The translations under genes and the position numbers were made by a program. From Bacteroidaceae bacterium (lineage in GTDB: Bacteria > Spirochaetota > Spirochaetia > Sphaerochaetales > Sphaerochaetaceae), in the NCBI GenBank assembly GCA_963599445.1, contig CAVBWZ010000012.1:11811-75810 (forward strand): 64,000 nt of DNA, written 5' to 3'. A model generated the notes under the pieces. It made no database searches. It was not told where the DNA came from and was given only the letters and a program-made list of their open reading frames with translations. Positions 49,628 through 58,424 of the stretch are shown piece by piece (position 1 is the stretch's first letter; every line of letters starts with the position of its first letter).

Positions 49628-50022
49628 GATACATGCTTGATACGAATATTTGCATATATGCAATAAAGAAGAGTCCAAAGAGTCTTTTGAATAGGCTTTC
49701 ACGTTGCGAGCCGGGGGACTGCTGCATCTCGTCCATAACTTTCTCCGAGCTTATGTATGGAGTGGAGAAAAGTTCGTCGCCAGAGAGGAATCGCATGGCT
49801 CTTGCATTGTTCCTTTCCTCCTTGGAGGTCCTTTGTTTCGATTCCAACGCTGCAATAGAGTTTGGGGACATCAGGGCTTCTTTGGAGAGAAAAGGACTTC
49901 CTATAGGACCAATGGACACCCTCATAGCAGCACATGCACGTTCGAGAGGGCTTGTGCTTGTGACTAACAATGGAAGGGAGTTCTCTAGGGTGGATGGTCT
50001 TTTGTTGGAGAATTGGGTGTAG
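49624..50022 (+). CDS. vapC: type II toxin VapC (PIN-domain ribonuclease)
   Basis: [10 protein letters not shown], the acidic PIN residues and C-terminal LVLVTNN.EF. Confidence 0.9.
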   Translation: MRYMLDTNICIYAIKKSPKSLLNRLSRCEPGDCCISSITFSELMYGVEKSSSPERNRMALALFLSSLEVLCFDSNAAIEFGDIRASLERKGLPIGPMDTLIAAHARSRGLVLVTNNGREFSRVDGLLLENWV

Positions 50023-50277
50023 CCGGCTCCTTTGTGTTGCAAAAATGTTGCAGCCTGACCGGTCTGTTGCTTTTGTGTTGCCAAAATAACGCTTTTGAAA
50101 ACTTGTGGGGCATCGCAAACGACGGAGGAGAAAGTTTTATGGCAAAGGCAAGGATACTGTGGTATACTGCCTGTATCAAACTAGTGGGCGTTGGAAGATT
50201 GTGCATAGGGGTCTTGGACAAAAGTCTCATAGCCGTGTACGTTGGACGACGAAGACATCATTCCTTGGAGGTATGAA

Positions 50278-50874
50278 ATGGAAGAAAAGAAGAACATCGG
50301 CAAGCTGCTTTTGGGTGAGTGGAACACGAAGACGATTGTTGCCGTCGCTGTTGGTGCAGCTCTGTTCGGAGTCCTTATGTGCTACGGTGGAATCCCTGTA
50401 TTCACGAATACGAGCCTTACGACCGCAATGCTTGTGCCTGTCATCGTAGGCGGTCTCTTTGGACCTCTTCCTGCATTCGTCGCAGCAGGCGTGGGCAACG
50501 TGATCGCTGACCTCATCGGCGGTTGGGGAATGTGGTTCGACTGGTCCGTTGGAAACGCCGTCATGGCTTTCTGCGTTGGACTTCTTCCAGTCTACGGTGC
50601 AAACATCAAGGAAGGCGTGTTCGAAGTCAAGCACATGATCATCTATGCAATATGCTGCATTCTTGGAAACGTGATTTCGTTTGGAGTCATAACACCAATC
50701 TTCACGGTTCTCTTCTATGGTGGAGACCTTGAGGTTACGTTCCTCCAGGCTTTCGCCGCAACCGTTGGAAACTTCGCAGTTCTGGTCGTGGTTGGCATAC
50801 CTGTACTCAAGGTCCTTGCAAACCGCTACAAGTCAAGGTCCAACCTGGCTCAGGAGCACAGTGACAACTACTGA
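50278..50874 (+). CDS. ECF transporter S (substrate-capture) component, specificity unknown
   Basis: 198 aa with about 6 TM. Gly-rich helices are typical of S components. ATG 50278 follows TTGGAGG. Followed by ECF A and T genes. Confidence 0.7.
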   Translation: MEEKKNIGKLLLGEWNTKTIVAVAVGAALFGVLMCYGGIPVFTNTSLTTAMLVPVIVGGLFGPLPAFVAAGVGNVIADLIGGWGMWFDWSVGNAVMAFCVGLLPVYGANIKEGVFEVKHMIIYAICCILGNVISFGVITPIFTVLFYGGDLEVTFLQAFAATVGNFAVLVVVGIPVLKVLANRYKSRSNLAQEHSDNY

Positions 50875-50890
50875 TCCTGTTCTGTGGATT

Positions 50891-50922
50891 GGGGCTGTTG
50901 TATGGCAACAGCCCCTTTTTTT
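50891..50922 (+). terminator. strong rho-independent terminator between the S gene and the ATPase gene
   Basis: GGGGCTGTTG / CAACAGCCCC perfect 10-bp stem, 5-nt loop, then TTTTTTT. Confidence 0.75.
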
Positions 50923-51009
50923 GGTTTTCCGTTCGATTGCTTGGAGATTGCTTGGGCAATTGGACGAGGAAGCTTTGACATCATCCAAAAACAATGATAG
51001 GAACGATCA

Positions 51010-52806
51010 ATGGCTGATACGGTAATCAGATTCAAGGACTTTGGGTTCCAGTACAAGGTTCAGCAGAAACCTACGCTGTACGATATAAACCTGGAGATTC
51101 ACAAAGGGGAGAAGGTCCTGATCCTTGGAGGGTCAGGCAGTGGAAAGTCCACATTGGCCAACTGCATAAACGGTCTCATCCCATTTTCATACGAAGGAAC
51201 CATAACGGGGTCCGTTGAGGTCAACGGACATGAAACCAAGGGTTCTTCCATATACAAACTCAGCAAGGAAGTTGGAACGGTCCTCCAAGACAGCGACGCC
51301 CAGTTCGTTGGCCTTTCGGTTGCTGAAGACATAGCCTTTGCAATGGAGAACGAGTGCATACCGCGTTCCCAGATGGTCCCCATCGTTGAGGAGCATGCCG
51401 CAACGGTTGGCATGCAGGACTTCCTTAAGGCTGTGCCGTTCGACCTTTCAGGAGGTCAGAAGCAAAAGGTTGGCATTGCAGGTGTCCTTGGAAGCAACGT
51501 GGACATCCTCATATTCGATGAGCCTTTGGCGGCTTTGGACCCCAGAATGGGTGAGACGGCCATAGAGCTCATAGACCAGCTTGCTCAGGACAAGGACAGG
51601 ACTATAGTCATCATAGAGCACAGACTGGAGGATGTTCTTCATAGACGAGTGGACAGGATCATCCTCATGTCGGAAGGCCGCATAGTGGCGGACACGACAC
51701 CGGATGACATCCTCAAAGGCACGCTTCTTCAGCAGTATGGCATCAGAGAACCGTTGTACATAACCGCAATGAAGTATGCCGGCTGCGATCTTGAAGGAAA
51801 CGATGGCCTAAGCAGCATAGACAATGTGGTATTCTCTAATGAAAGCCGTGAAAGACTCCTCCGTTTCTTTGAGAGCGAGGTTGAATCGCACGAGCCTCAT
51901 CCTGGCGACGAACTTGTATCCGTGAAGGATGTGTCCTTCTCCTACGATGACAGCCGCAAGGTCCTTGAAGACGTTTCGTTTACAATCCGCAAAGGCGAAC
52001 GCATAGCCGTAGTTGGCAGAAACGGTGCTGGAAAGTCCACGGCCGCAAAGCTCATATGCGGAATCTGCCGTCCAAACAAGGGTTCCATAACCATAGACGG
52101 CAAGGATGCCAAAGGTCTTTCCATAAAGGAGATTGGAGAGCGCGTTGGCTATGTCATGCAGAACCCCAACCAAATGATCGTGAAGGACACCATAAAGAAC
52201 GAGGTCGAATATGCGCTTACGCTGCGCAACATGCCAAGGGAGCAGATAATAGCCCGCGCAACGGATGCACTCAATGCCTGCAGCCTCTTTCCAATGCGCA
52301 ACTGGCCTGTGGATACGGTGAGCTATGGTCAGAAGAAAAGGATAACGGTTGCATCCATACTGGTGCTTCAGCCAGATGTGATAATCCTTGACGAGCCGTC
52401 TGCCGGTCAGGACTACAGAAGCTACACGGAGATCATGAAGTTCCTCGACGTCCTAAACAAGGAGTACGGCAAGACCATCGTGTTCATAACCCATGACATG
52501 CACCTCGCTCTGGAGAACACTGACAGAGCCATAGTCTTCACTGATGGAAGGCTTCTCAAGGACGACAGGACGTTTGCAGTGCTTGCGGACAACGATACAA
52601 TAGAAAAGGCCAACCTCAAGCAGACATCCCTCTACAGACTTGCCCAAAGGCTTGGACTCGAACCTGAAAGGGTCATACGCCATTTCATAGACTATGAGAA
52701 CTACAAAGGCCGCAAAGGCTCAAAGCCTGAAGCAATGCTTGAAGACGGAGAACCTGAAACTGTAGAACCCATAGGCCAGAATGCAAAGGAGGGAGAACGG
52801 TCATGA
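51010..52806 (+). CDS. ECF transporter duplicated ATPase (EcfA-EcfA' fusion, YkoD-like)
   Basis: Two ABC cassettes: [21 protein letters not shown] and GRNGAGKST/VSYGQKKR/LDEP. Confidence 0.9.
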   Translation: MADTVIRFKDFGFQYKVQQKPTLYDINLEIHKGEKVLILGGSGSGKSTLANCINGLIPFSYEGTITGSVEVNGHETKGSSIYKLSKEVGTVLQDSDAQFVGLSVAEDIAFAMENECIPRSQMVPIVEEHAATVGMQDFLKAVPFDLSGGQKQKVGIAGVLGSNVDILIFDEPLAALDPRMGETAIELIDQLAQDKDRTIVIIEHRLEDVLHRRVDRIILMSEGRIVADTTPDDILKGTLLQQYGIREPLYITAMKYAGCDLEGNDGLSSIDNVVFSNESRERLLRFFESEVESHEPHPGDELVSVKDVSFSYDDSRKVLEDVSFTIRKGERIAVVGRNGAGKSTAAKLICGICRPNKGSITIDGKDAKGLSIKEIGERVGYVMQNPNQMIVKDTIKNEVEYALTLRNMPREQIIARATDALNACSLFPMRNWPVDTVSYGQKKRITVASILVLQPDVIILDEPSAGQDYRSYTEIMKFLDVLNKEYGKTIVFITHDMHLALENTDRAIVFTDGRLLKDDRTFAVLADNDTIEKANLKQTSLYRLAQRLGLEPERVIRHFIDYENYKGRKGSKPEAMLEDGEPETVEPIGQNAKEGERS

Positions 52807-53723
52807 ACAATAGGTTTCTGATAAACTTCACCCCCGGCAACACGATGATGCACAAGCTTACAGGAGGCACCAAGGTTCTGCTGTTCGTGCTGTTTACGGT
52901 TGCCATAATAGCTACGTTCGATGTAAGGGTCATAGCTCTTCTTGCCATCCTGCCAATAGCCGCAATCATATCGATGAAGCCCAACTACAAGCCAATAAGG
53001 TTCATGATAGGCTTCATGGTGCTGGTGGTTGGCGTGATAGGTTCGCTCATGCTTCTGCTTGTATCTCCTGATGCAGGACTTACAAACGTTGGCGGCAGCA
53101 CCGTGATATGGCGCCTTGGAGAGAACTTCTTCGTCACCAAGGAGACCCTTTGGTACATATTCGCAATGTTCGTCAAAAGGCTTGCCTCGTTCATGGTCGT
53201 CATAGCCTTCGTGCTTGCAACGACTCCAAGCGAGTTCGCATCGGGCTTGGCCTTCCTGCACGTACCATACAAGGTGTGCACCATCGTCTCCCTTGCATAC
53301 AGGACCATCCCCGACATAGCAAGACGCTACACGGACATAAAGAACAGTATGCAGATGCGCGGCGTGGAGCTCTCGAAGAAAGCCTCCCTTGGAAAGAGGC
53401 TCAAGGCCACCGCAGCGTTGTTGGTTCCGCTTGTCGTATCATCGTTTGGCAAGGTGGAGGTCATAGCCAACGCAATGGACCTCAGGGGTTTTGGACGCCT
53501 CAAGAAAAGGACTTGGTACTCCGAGCACGAACTCACCAAGGCTGACAAAGTTCTGAGGAAGCTTTGCATCCTGTTCGCAGTTGGAATCGTGGCCTACATC
53601 GTATGGTTCAGAATCATAAATCCATGGCCTGTAACATATTGGAGTCCATTCATCGCCCGCAAGGACATAGTCAAGGTAGGGCGTTTCGAAACCCTGTCCA
53701 TCCTCAAGTGGTTTGGCAAATAG
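52803..53723 (+). CDS. ecfT: ECF transporter transmembrane (T) component
   Basis: Polytopic membrane protein with the two x-R-G coupling motifs (MQMRGV, MDLRGF). Start overlaps the ATPase stop. Confidence 0.85.
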   Translation: MNNRFLINFTPGNTMMHKLTGGTKVLLFVLFTVAIIATFDVRVIALLAILPIAAIISMKPNYKPIRFMIGFMVLVVGVIGSLMLLLVSPDAGLTNVGGSTVIWRLGENFFVTKETLWYIFAMFVKRLASFMVVIAFVLATTPSEFASGLAFLHVPYKVCTIVSLAYRTIPDIARRYTDIKNSMQMRGVELSKKASLGKRLKATAALLVPLVVSSFGKVEVIANAMDLRGFGRLKKRTWYSEHELTKADKVLRKLCILFAVGIVAYIVWFRIINPWPVTYWSPFIARKDIVKVGRFETLSILKWFGK

Positions 53724-53759
53724 GCATCACGACAAGGCCGCTTCAACAAGGAGTTCGCA

Positions 53760-54599
53760 ATGAAGAGAGCAATAGTACTACAGACCGATTTTGGCGAAGG
53801 CAGCGTATCGGTATCCACAATGAAGGGTGTCTGCAGAATCGTCGATCCAACGCTTGAGGTATTCGATTCAACGCACAGCGTAAGGCAGTTCGATGTCCTC
53901 AAGGCAAGCGACGCCCTGTTCTACGTGATACCTTTCTGGCCTGCCGGGACTGTGTTCGTATCCGTCGTCGATCCAGGGGTTGGAACGTCCCGCAGATCGT
54001 GCGTTGCGCTTTTGGAGAACGGAAGCTACGTTGTGACTCCGGACAACGGTACGCTCACATACATGAAGGATAGGATTGGCATAAAGCAGGTTAGGGAGAT
54101 AGACGAGTCCGTGAACCGCTATCCAACGACCCGTGACGTACACATCTTCCATGGAAGGGATGTCTATGCCTATACCGCCGCCCGTCTTGCGAGCGGGGTG
54201 ATCGACTACGAGGGTGTAGGTCCTGAATATCCTGTTGACCAAATCGTCGAAGCCCCTTATGTAAGGCCGGAGAAGAGGGCGGGCGAAGTCTACGGAATGA
54301 TCGCCGACTCCTCCAAGCACTTTGGACTTGTCACTACGAACATTCCGTTCCGCTGGCTGTCTGAATGCGGTATGGAATATGGCGACAACGTAAGGATACG
54401 CATCGAGCATGCAGGACAGTGCGTCCTTGAAGAGGTCGTCCCAATTGCAAAGAGCTTTGGATTCGTGCCCGATGGCAGCGATTTGGTCTACAACTCGGAG
54501 ACTTCCATGATAGAGGTTGCCACGAACCGCAGGAACATGGTCGTGGAACGCAATCTTGGAGATGGCGCGGACTGGACTCTAAGAGTTAGAAAGGTTTGA
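53760..54599 (+). CDS. DUF62 SAM hydrolase / SAM-dependent halogenase family protein, paralog 1 (motifs intact)
   Basis: LQTDFG, VVDPGVGTSRR, TPDNGTLT and FHGRDVYAY motifs. 279 aa. AAGGAG RBS. Confidence 0.85.
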   Translation: MKRAIVLQTDFGEGSVSVSTMKGVCRIVDPTLEVFDSTHSVRQFDVLKASDALFYVIPFWPAGTVFVSVVDPGVGTSRRSCVALLENGSYVVTPDNGTLTYMKDRIGIKQVREIDESVNRYPTTRDVHIFHGRDVYAYTAARLASGVIDYEGVGPEYPVDQIVEAPYVRPEKRAGEVYGMIADSSKHFGLVTTNIPFRWLSECGMEYGDNVRIRIEHAGQCVLEEVVPIAKSFGFVPDGSDLVYNSETSMIEVATNRRNMVVERNLGDGADWTLRVRKV

Positions 54600-54613
54600 A
54601 AGGAGCATTCGAT

Positions 54614-55450
54614 ATGGAGAACACAAGGAAATCGGTCCCAAATGGTGGACTTGTGGCCGTGCAGAGCGACTATGGCATGGGCGGTGAGGCCTGCAGGATC
54701 GTTGGCAGCATATTGTCTACAAGTCCAAACACGACCGTGTACGATGTGACAAGTGCAATTCCCAAAGGGGATGTCGCCACGGCTTCGTGTGCAATGTATT
54801 CGTTCTTCCAGTTCTTCCCTGTGGGAAGCGTGTGCCTTTCCCTTGTCGGCGAAGGAAGGCCTTGTGTCGTGAGGACTGCACAGGGACGGTACATAGTGAC
54901 GCCTGACAACGGCACGCTTACGGCTTGGTACTCCAAGTTCCCATTCGAGGACGTTCGTGAGGTTGACCTTGCCTGCGCACCTGATGGCTGCATCCCCCTT
55001 GCATGGGCCGCAGCCCGTCTTGCAAGTGGGAAGTGTTCCTTCGAGGACATGGGGCCTGCTTATCCTGCAAAGGACATAGTGCTCATCGACGCCAAGCCTG
55101 CAAAGGTTGGGGACGGCATTGTTGAGTGCGGGGTGTTCAGTCTTGTAAGGAACTTTGGGAACCTGAACCTGAGCGCCACATACGAGGAGTTCGAGAAGTC
55201 AGGCATACGCTTTGGAGACCATGTCAATGTTCTGATGCGTAGGGATGGTGATGAAATATTCAACGAGGATATGCTTTACGAGCATTCTTTTGGATTTGCA
55301 AAGCCAGGCGACCCGATCCTTTTCAATGGAAGCACCGGCTACATGGGACTGGGGCTCAATCTTGAAAGCTTCGTCTCCAAGTATATGCCTGAGTCAATGC
55401 AGGAAGGGTTCGACCTGTCTCGCTATGAGATTGTTATAAGAAGGATCTGA
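54614..55450 (+). CDS. DUF62 family protein, paralog 2 (catalytic motifs degenerate)
   Basis: Keeps SDYG and TPDNGTLT. Has SLVGEGRP where DPGVGTSR is expected and CAPDG where FHGRD is expected. Confidence 0.7.
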   Translation: MENTRKSVPNGGLVAVQSDYGMGGEACRIVGSILSTSPNTTVYDVTSAIPKGDVATASCAMYSFFQFFPVGSVCLSLVGEGRPCVVRTAQGRYIVTPDNGTLTAWYSKFPFEDVREVDLACAPDGCIPLAWAAARLASGKCSFEDMGPAYPAKDIVLIDAKPAKVGDGIVECGVFSLVRNFGNLNLSATYEEFEKSGIRFGDHVNVLMRRDGDEIFNEDMLYEHSFGFAKPGDPILFNGSTGYMGLGLNLESFVSKYMPESMQEGFDLSRYEIVIRRI

Positions 55451-55454
55451 AGAT

Positions 55455-56381
55455 ATGCAAGAGAATTGTGCAGCTAATCATGCAAATGCAGATAAGCCAG
55501 ACATCGTCCTCATGACGGACTTTGGACTTACGACGGGTTTCGTAGGTTCCATGTATGGGGTCATACGCAAAGTGGACCAGAGCCTTGGGGTGTTCGACCT
55601 GAACCATGAGATACGCCCATATGACATGCGTCAGGCTGCGTTTCTGCTTTCAGACACCGTCATGTACTGGAAGGACGGCACTGTGTTCGTGTCCGTCGTG
55701 GATCCTGGCGTTGGAACATCCCGTCGCTCGTGCGTGGCGCTTCTTGACAACGGAAGCTACATTGTCACACCTGACAACGGAACGCTCACTGCTGTGAAGG
55801 ACCATGTGGTTGCGGTTCGTGAGATAGACGAGAAGGTCAACCGCCTCTCTGGATCAGAGCGTGCCAACAGCTTCCATGGTCGTGATGTCTATGCCTATAC
55901 CGCAGCCCGTCTTGCAAGCGGAGTGATCGACTACGAGGGGGTCGGGCCTGAGTATCCTGTAGATGAAATAGTGCTGTTCCCACAGACCAAGGGCCACGTG
56001 GAACCAGGTCTTGCAAAGGGGCATCTCACAGGATGCCTCAAGCACTTTGGCTCCCCTGAGACCGATATTTCCGTGGTTGACTTCGAGAAGACCGGCATAG
56101 TGTACGGCGACATGGTCCATGTCCGCATTTCAAAGGGCGGAAGAGTTCTCTTCGATATGCCAGTGCTCTATCATAAGTCGTTTGGATTCGTGCCTGAAGG
56201 CGAGCCCATTCTGTGCAATGGAAGCACCAGCCCGTACATGGAGATAAGCCTTAACAAGCGCAGTTTCGCCCAAAAGTACCTTCCAGACATCTTCGATGAC
56301 GGGGAGGTGTTTACAGACTATTCTATCGAGATTTCAAAGCTATCGGGCTATGATGCCCCACAGCTTTCCAAGGAGGCGTGA
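55455..56381 (+). CDS. DUF62 SAM hydrolase / halogenase family protein, paralog 3 (motifs intact)
   Basis: MTDFG, VVDPGVGTSRR, TPDNGTLT and FHGRDVYAY. 308 aa. Confidence 0.85.
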   Translation: MQENCAANHANADKPDIVLMTDFGLTTGFVGSMYGVIRKVDQSLGVFDLNHEIRPYDMRQAAFLLSDTVMYWKDGTVFVSVVDPGVGTSRRSCVALLDNGSYIVTPDNGTLTAVKDHVVAVREIDEKVNRLSGSERANSFHGRDVYAYTAARLASGVIDYEGVGPEYPVDEIVLFPQTKGHVEPGLAKGHLTGCLKHFGSPETDISVVDFEKTGIVYGDMVHVRISKGGRVLFDMPVLYHKSFGFVPEGEPILCNGSTSPYMEISLNKRSFAQKYLPDIFDDGEVFTDYSIEISKLSGYDAPQLSKEA

Positions 56382-56382
56382 T

Positions 56383-56874
56383 ATGAAACCATTTGTCGTG
56401 ATGCAGACCGATTTTGGTGTAGGTGGCGGTGGTGCCATGTATGGCGTGTGCAAGACGATTGACCCTGACCTTGGAGTCTATGACCTGAGCCATGTCATTC
56501 CAAAGTTCAATGTGGAGGCGGCGTCCAAGTCCTTGGTGTCAGTGATTCCATACTGGCCCGTTGGAACCGTGTTCGTGTCCGTCGTGGACCCAGGTGTTGG
56601 AACATCAAGGTGCGCATGCGTTGCAAAGACATCCAACGGCTACTATGTGGTCACGCCTGACAACGGCACGCTTACGCTTCTCAAGAAGGAGTTTGGCATA
56701 GATGCAGTCAGGGAGATAGACGAGACGGTCAACCGTCTCAAAGGCACGGAGAAGACAAGCATCTTCCATGGCAGAGACCTCTTTGCATACTGTGCAGCCC
56801 GCTTGGCCTCTGGAGTGATAGACTTCGAAGGGGTAGGGCCGCAGTATCCAGTGGAGGAGATTGTACTTTACTAG
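56383..56874 (+). CDS. DUF62 family protein, paralog 4, N-terminal domain only
   Basis: 163 aa with QTDFG, DPGVGTSR, TPDNGTLT and FHGRD. Ends at ...YPVEEIVLY* where paralogs 1 and 3 continue into a C-terminal domain of about 110 aa. AGGAGG RBS. May be a truncation or pseudogene. Confidence 0.6.
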   Translation: MKPFVVMQTDFGVGGGGAMYGVCKTIDPDLGVYDLSHVIPKFNVEAASKSLVSVIPYWPVGTVFVSVVDPGVGTSRCACVAKTSNGYYVVTPDNGTLTLLKKEFGIDAVREIDETVNRLKGTEKTSIFHGRDLFAYCAARLASGVIDFEGVGPQYPVEEIVLY

Positions 56875-56924
56875 TTCAAGAGAGGCGTTTCAGAAAGTGC
56901 TTCAGAAGGCGAGTCCGTTGGATG

Positions 56925-57812
56925 TCAGGCCTTCTGGAGCTTTATGGCCCAGTTCTCGCCGGATCCAATCCTGTACTCCTGCGCAAAGCTTCCTTGGTTG
57001 AGTGCAAGGCCCACGTTCAAGAGACTGTTTATGTAAAGAAGCGGTTCGCCTATCTCCACCTCAGTGAAGTTCCTGCACATGCGCATCGTATAGCCAAAGA
57101 CTATCTTGTGGTTGTGGCTTATGAGAACCCTCACATCGTCTCCGTACTTGATGCCGTACTGCTCAAAGATCATGGTGTCAGGTATGTTCGTCCAAAGGCT
57201 GCCGTAGCGGGTGTCTAGGACGTCTATGTTTCCACAGACCTCTCCGCCTTCTATGACTGGGTCAGATACGTTGAGCATGACAGGGTTCGGTTCAAGGAGA
57301 GGTCCTACTTCGTCGAACGTTATGGTCCCGCTTGCAATCCTGGCTCCAGTGTATGCATACACGTCACGTCCATAGAATGTGAACGACCTTTGGCTGTTCT
57401 TGAGTCTGTTGACGGTCTCGCTTATCCTTCGCCTTTCAAGGATTCCAATCTCCTTTGCGACATGTGACAAGGTTCCGTTGTCAGGTGTTACTATGACGTG
57501 CCCTGACTTTGTAAGCACCGCCACGCTTTCGCGCTCCGATCCCACTCCTGGGTCTACGACTGATACGAAAACGGTTCCGGGTGCCCAGAACGACATCGTT
57601 TGTATGAGTCTGTAGCTTGCCTCCCATATGTTGAACTGGGGGATTTCATGCGTAAGGTCTTCAAGTTTGAGGTTATGGTCCACTTCGTCCGCAACTCCAT
57701 GCATGGCGCTCACAGCTCCGTCCACATATCCAAAGTCCGACATGAACACAACCGTACCCTTTTTCGTCCATGGTGCAAGCTCCTTGAGCTCCTTTGCGCT
57801 TTCGTATGTCAT
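56925..57812 (-). CDS. DUF62 family protein, paralog 5 (His to Tyr in the FHGRD motif)
   Basis: MSDFG, VVDPGVGSER, TPDNGTLS and FYGRDVYAY. ATG 57812 lies 7 nt after GGAGG; the ORF opens at 57932. Confidence 0.8.
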   Translation of the reverse strand: MTYESAKELKELAPWTKKGTVVFMSDFGYVDGAVSAMHGVADEVDHNLKLEDLTHEIPQFNIWEASYRLIQTMSFWAPGTVFVSVVDPGVGSERESVAVLTKSGHVIVTPDNGTLSHVAKEIGILERRRISETVNRLKNSQRSFTFYGRDVYAYTGARIASGTITFDEVGPLLEPNPVMLNVSDPVIEGGEVCGNIDVLDTRYGSLWTNIPDTMIFEQYGIKYGDDVRVLISHNHKIVFGYTMRMCRNFTEVEIGEPLLYINSLLNVGLALNQGSFAQEYRIGSGENWAIKLQKA

Positions 57813-57849
57813 GTGTTCATACCTCCGTAGTCGTTGTATTACAGACCTA

Positions 57850-58293
57850 TCATCGCCCAATGATTTTTTGGACCTCGCCGATGTCAAGTGAAGCACATTT
57901 TGCAATGGTTGGGATTGGGATTCCATTTGCATTCATCTCCTTGACCATGCGGCTTCTTTCGTTGGAGACACCTCTGGCCTCTCCAATGGAGATTCCCTCG
58001 GCCTCACCGGCGGTTCTACCCTCATCGTATTTGTCCTTTAGAAGGAACTCCAGCTTCATGTACTCTTTCCTCCAGTCGTCGTCTCTGTTGTACTTCTGCA
58101 CATATTTGTCCAGAATGGTCACAAGCCCGCTTCTGGTCTCCATGCCTATGGCTCCGACACCGCCGTTCAGATACCTGAACAGCTCGTCCATGTCCAGGTT
58201 GGAGACACCCTTGGAGCCTCTGCTGTTCAGGAACATGATATATCTACGGTCCCCAAGTGGCAAGCCTTGGACGTTCTCGCAGATGGTTGCAGC
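57850..58293 (-). pseudogene. C-terminal fragment of an Rpn/YhgA-like (PD-(D/E)XK) recombination-promoting nuclease/putative transposase
   Basis: ...CENVQGLPLGDRRYIMFLNSRG...REYMKLEFLLKDKYDEGR..GIPIPTIAKCASLDIGEVQKI matches the C-terminal half of the family. The N-terminal nuclease core is absent. Confidence 0.55.
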
Positions 58294-58424
58294 TAAGGAA
58301 CTGGAGGCTGATTGGCAAAGACATGTTGAGGACTAATACTAAAGATCAATCCAAACCGTTCTTGACGATGCAAAGGTCGACTGATACCATTGTAATTGAA
58401 AGCCCGAGAAAGAATAAATACAGG

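Noticed and set aside
50023-50277. TPP or SAM riboswitch upstream of the ECF S gene
   Set aside because: YkoEDC-type ECF systems are often TPP-regulated, but there is no CTGAGA / ACCTGATCTGGATAATGCCAGCG-like core and no obvious SAM-I features. Only short TGTTGCA repeats are present. An Rfam scan would be decisive.
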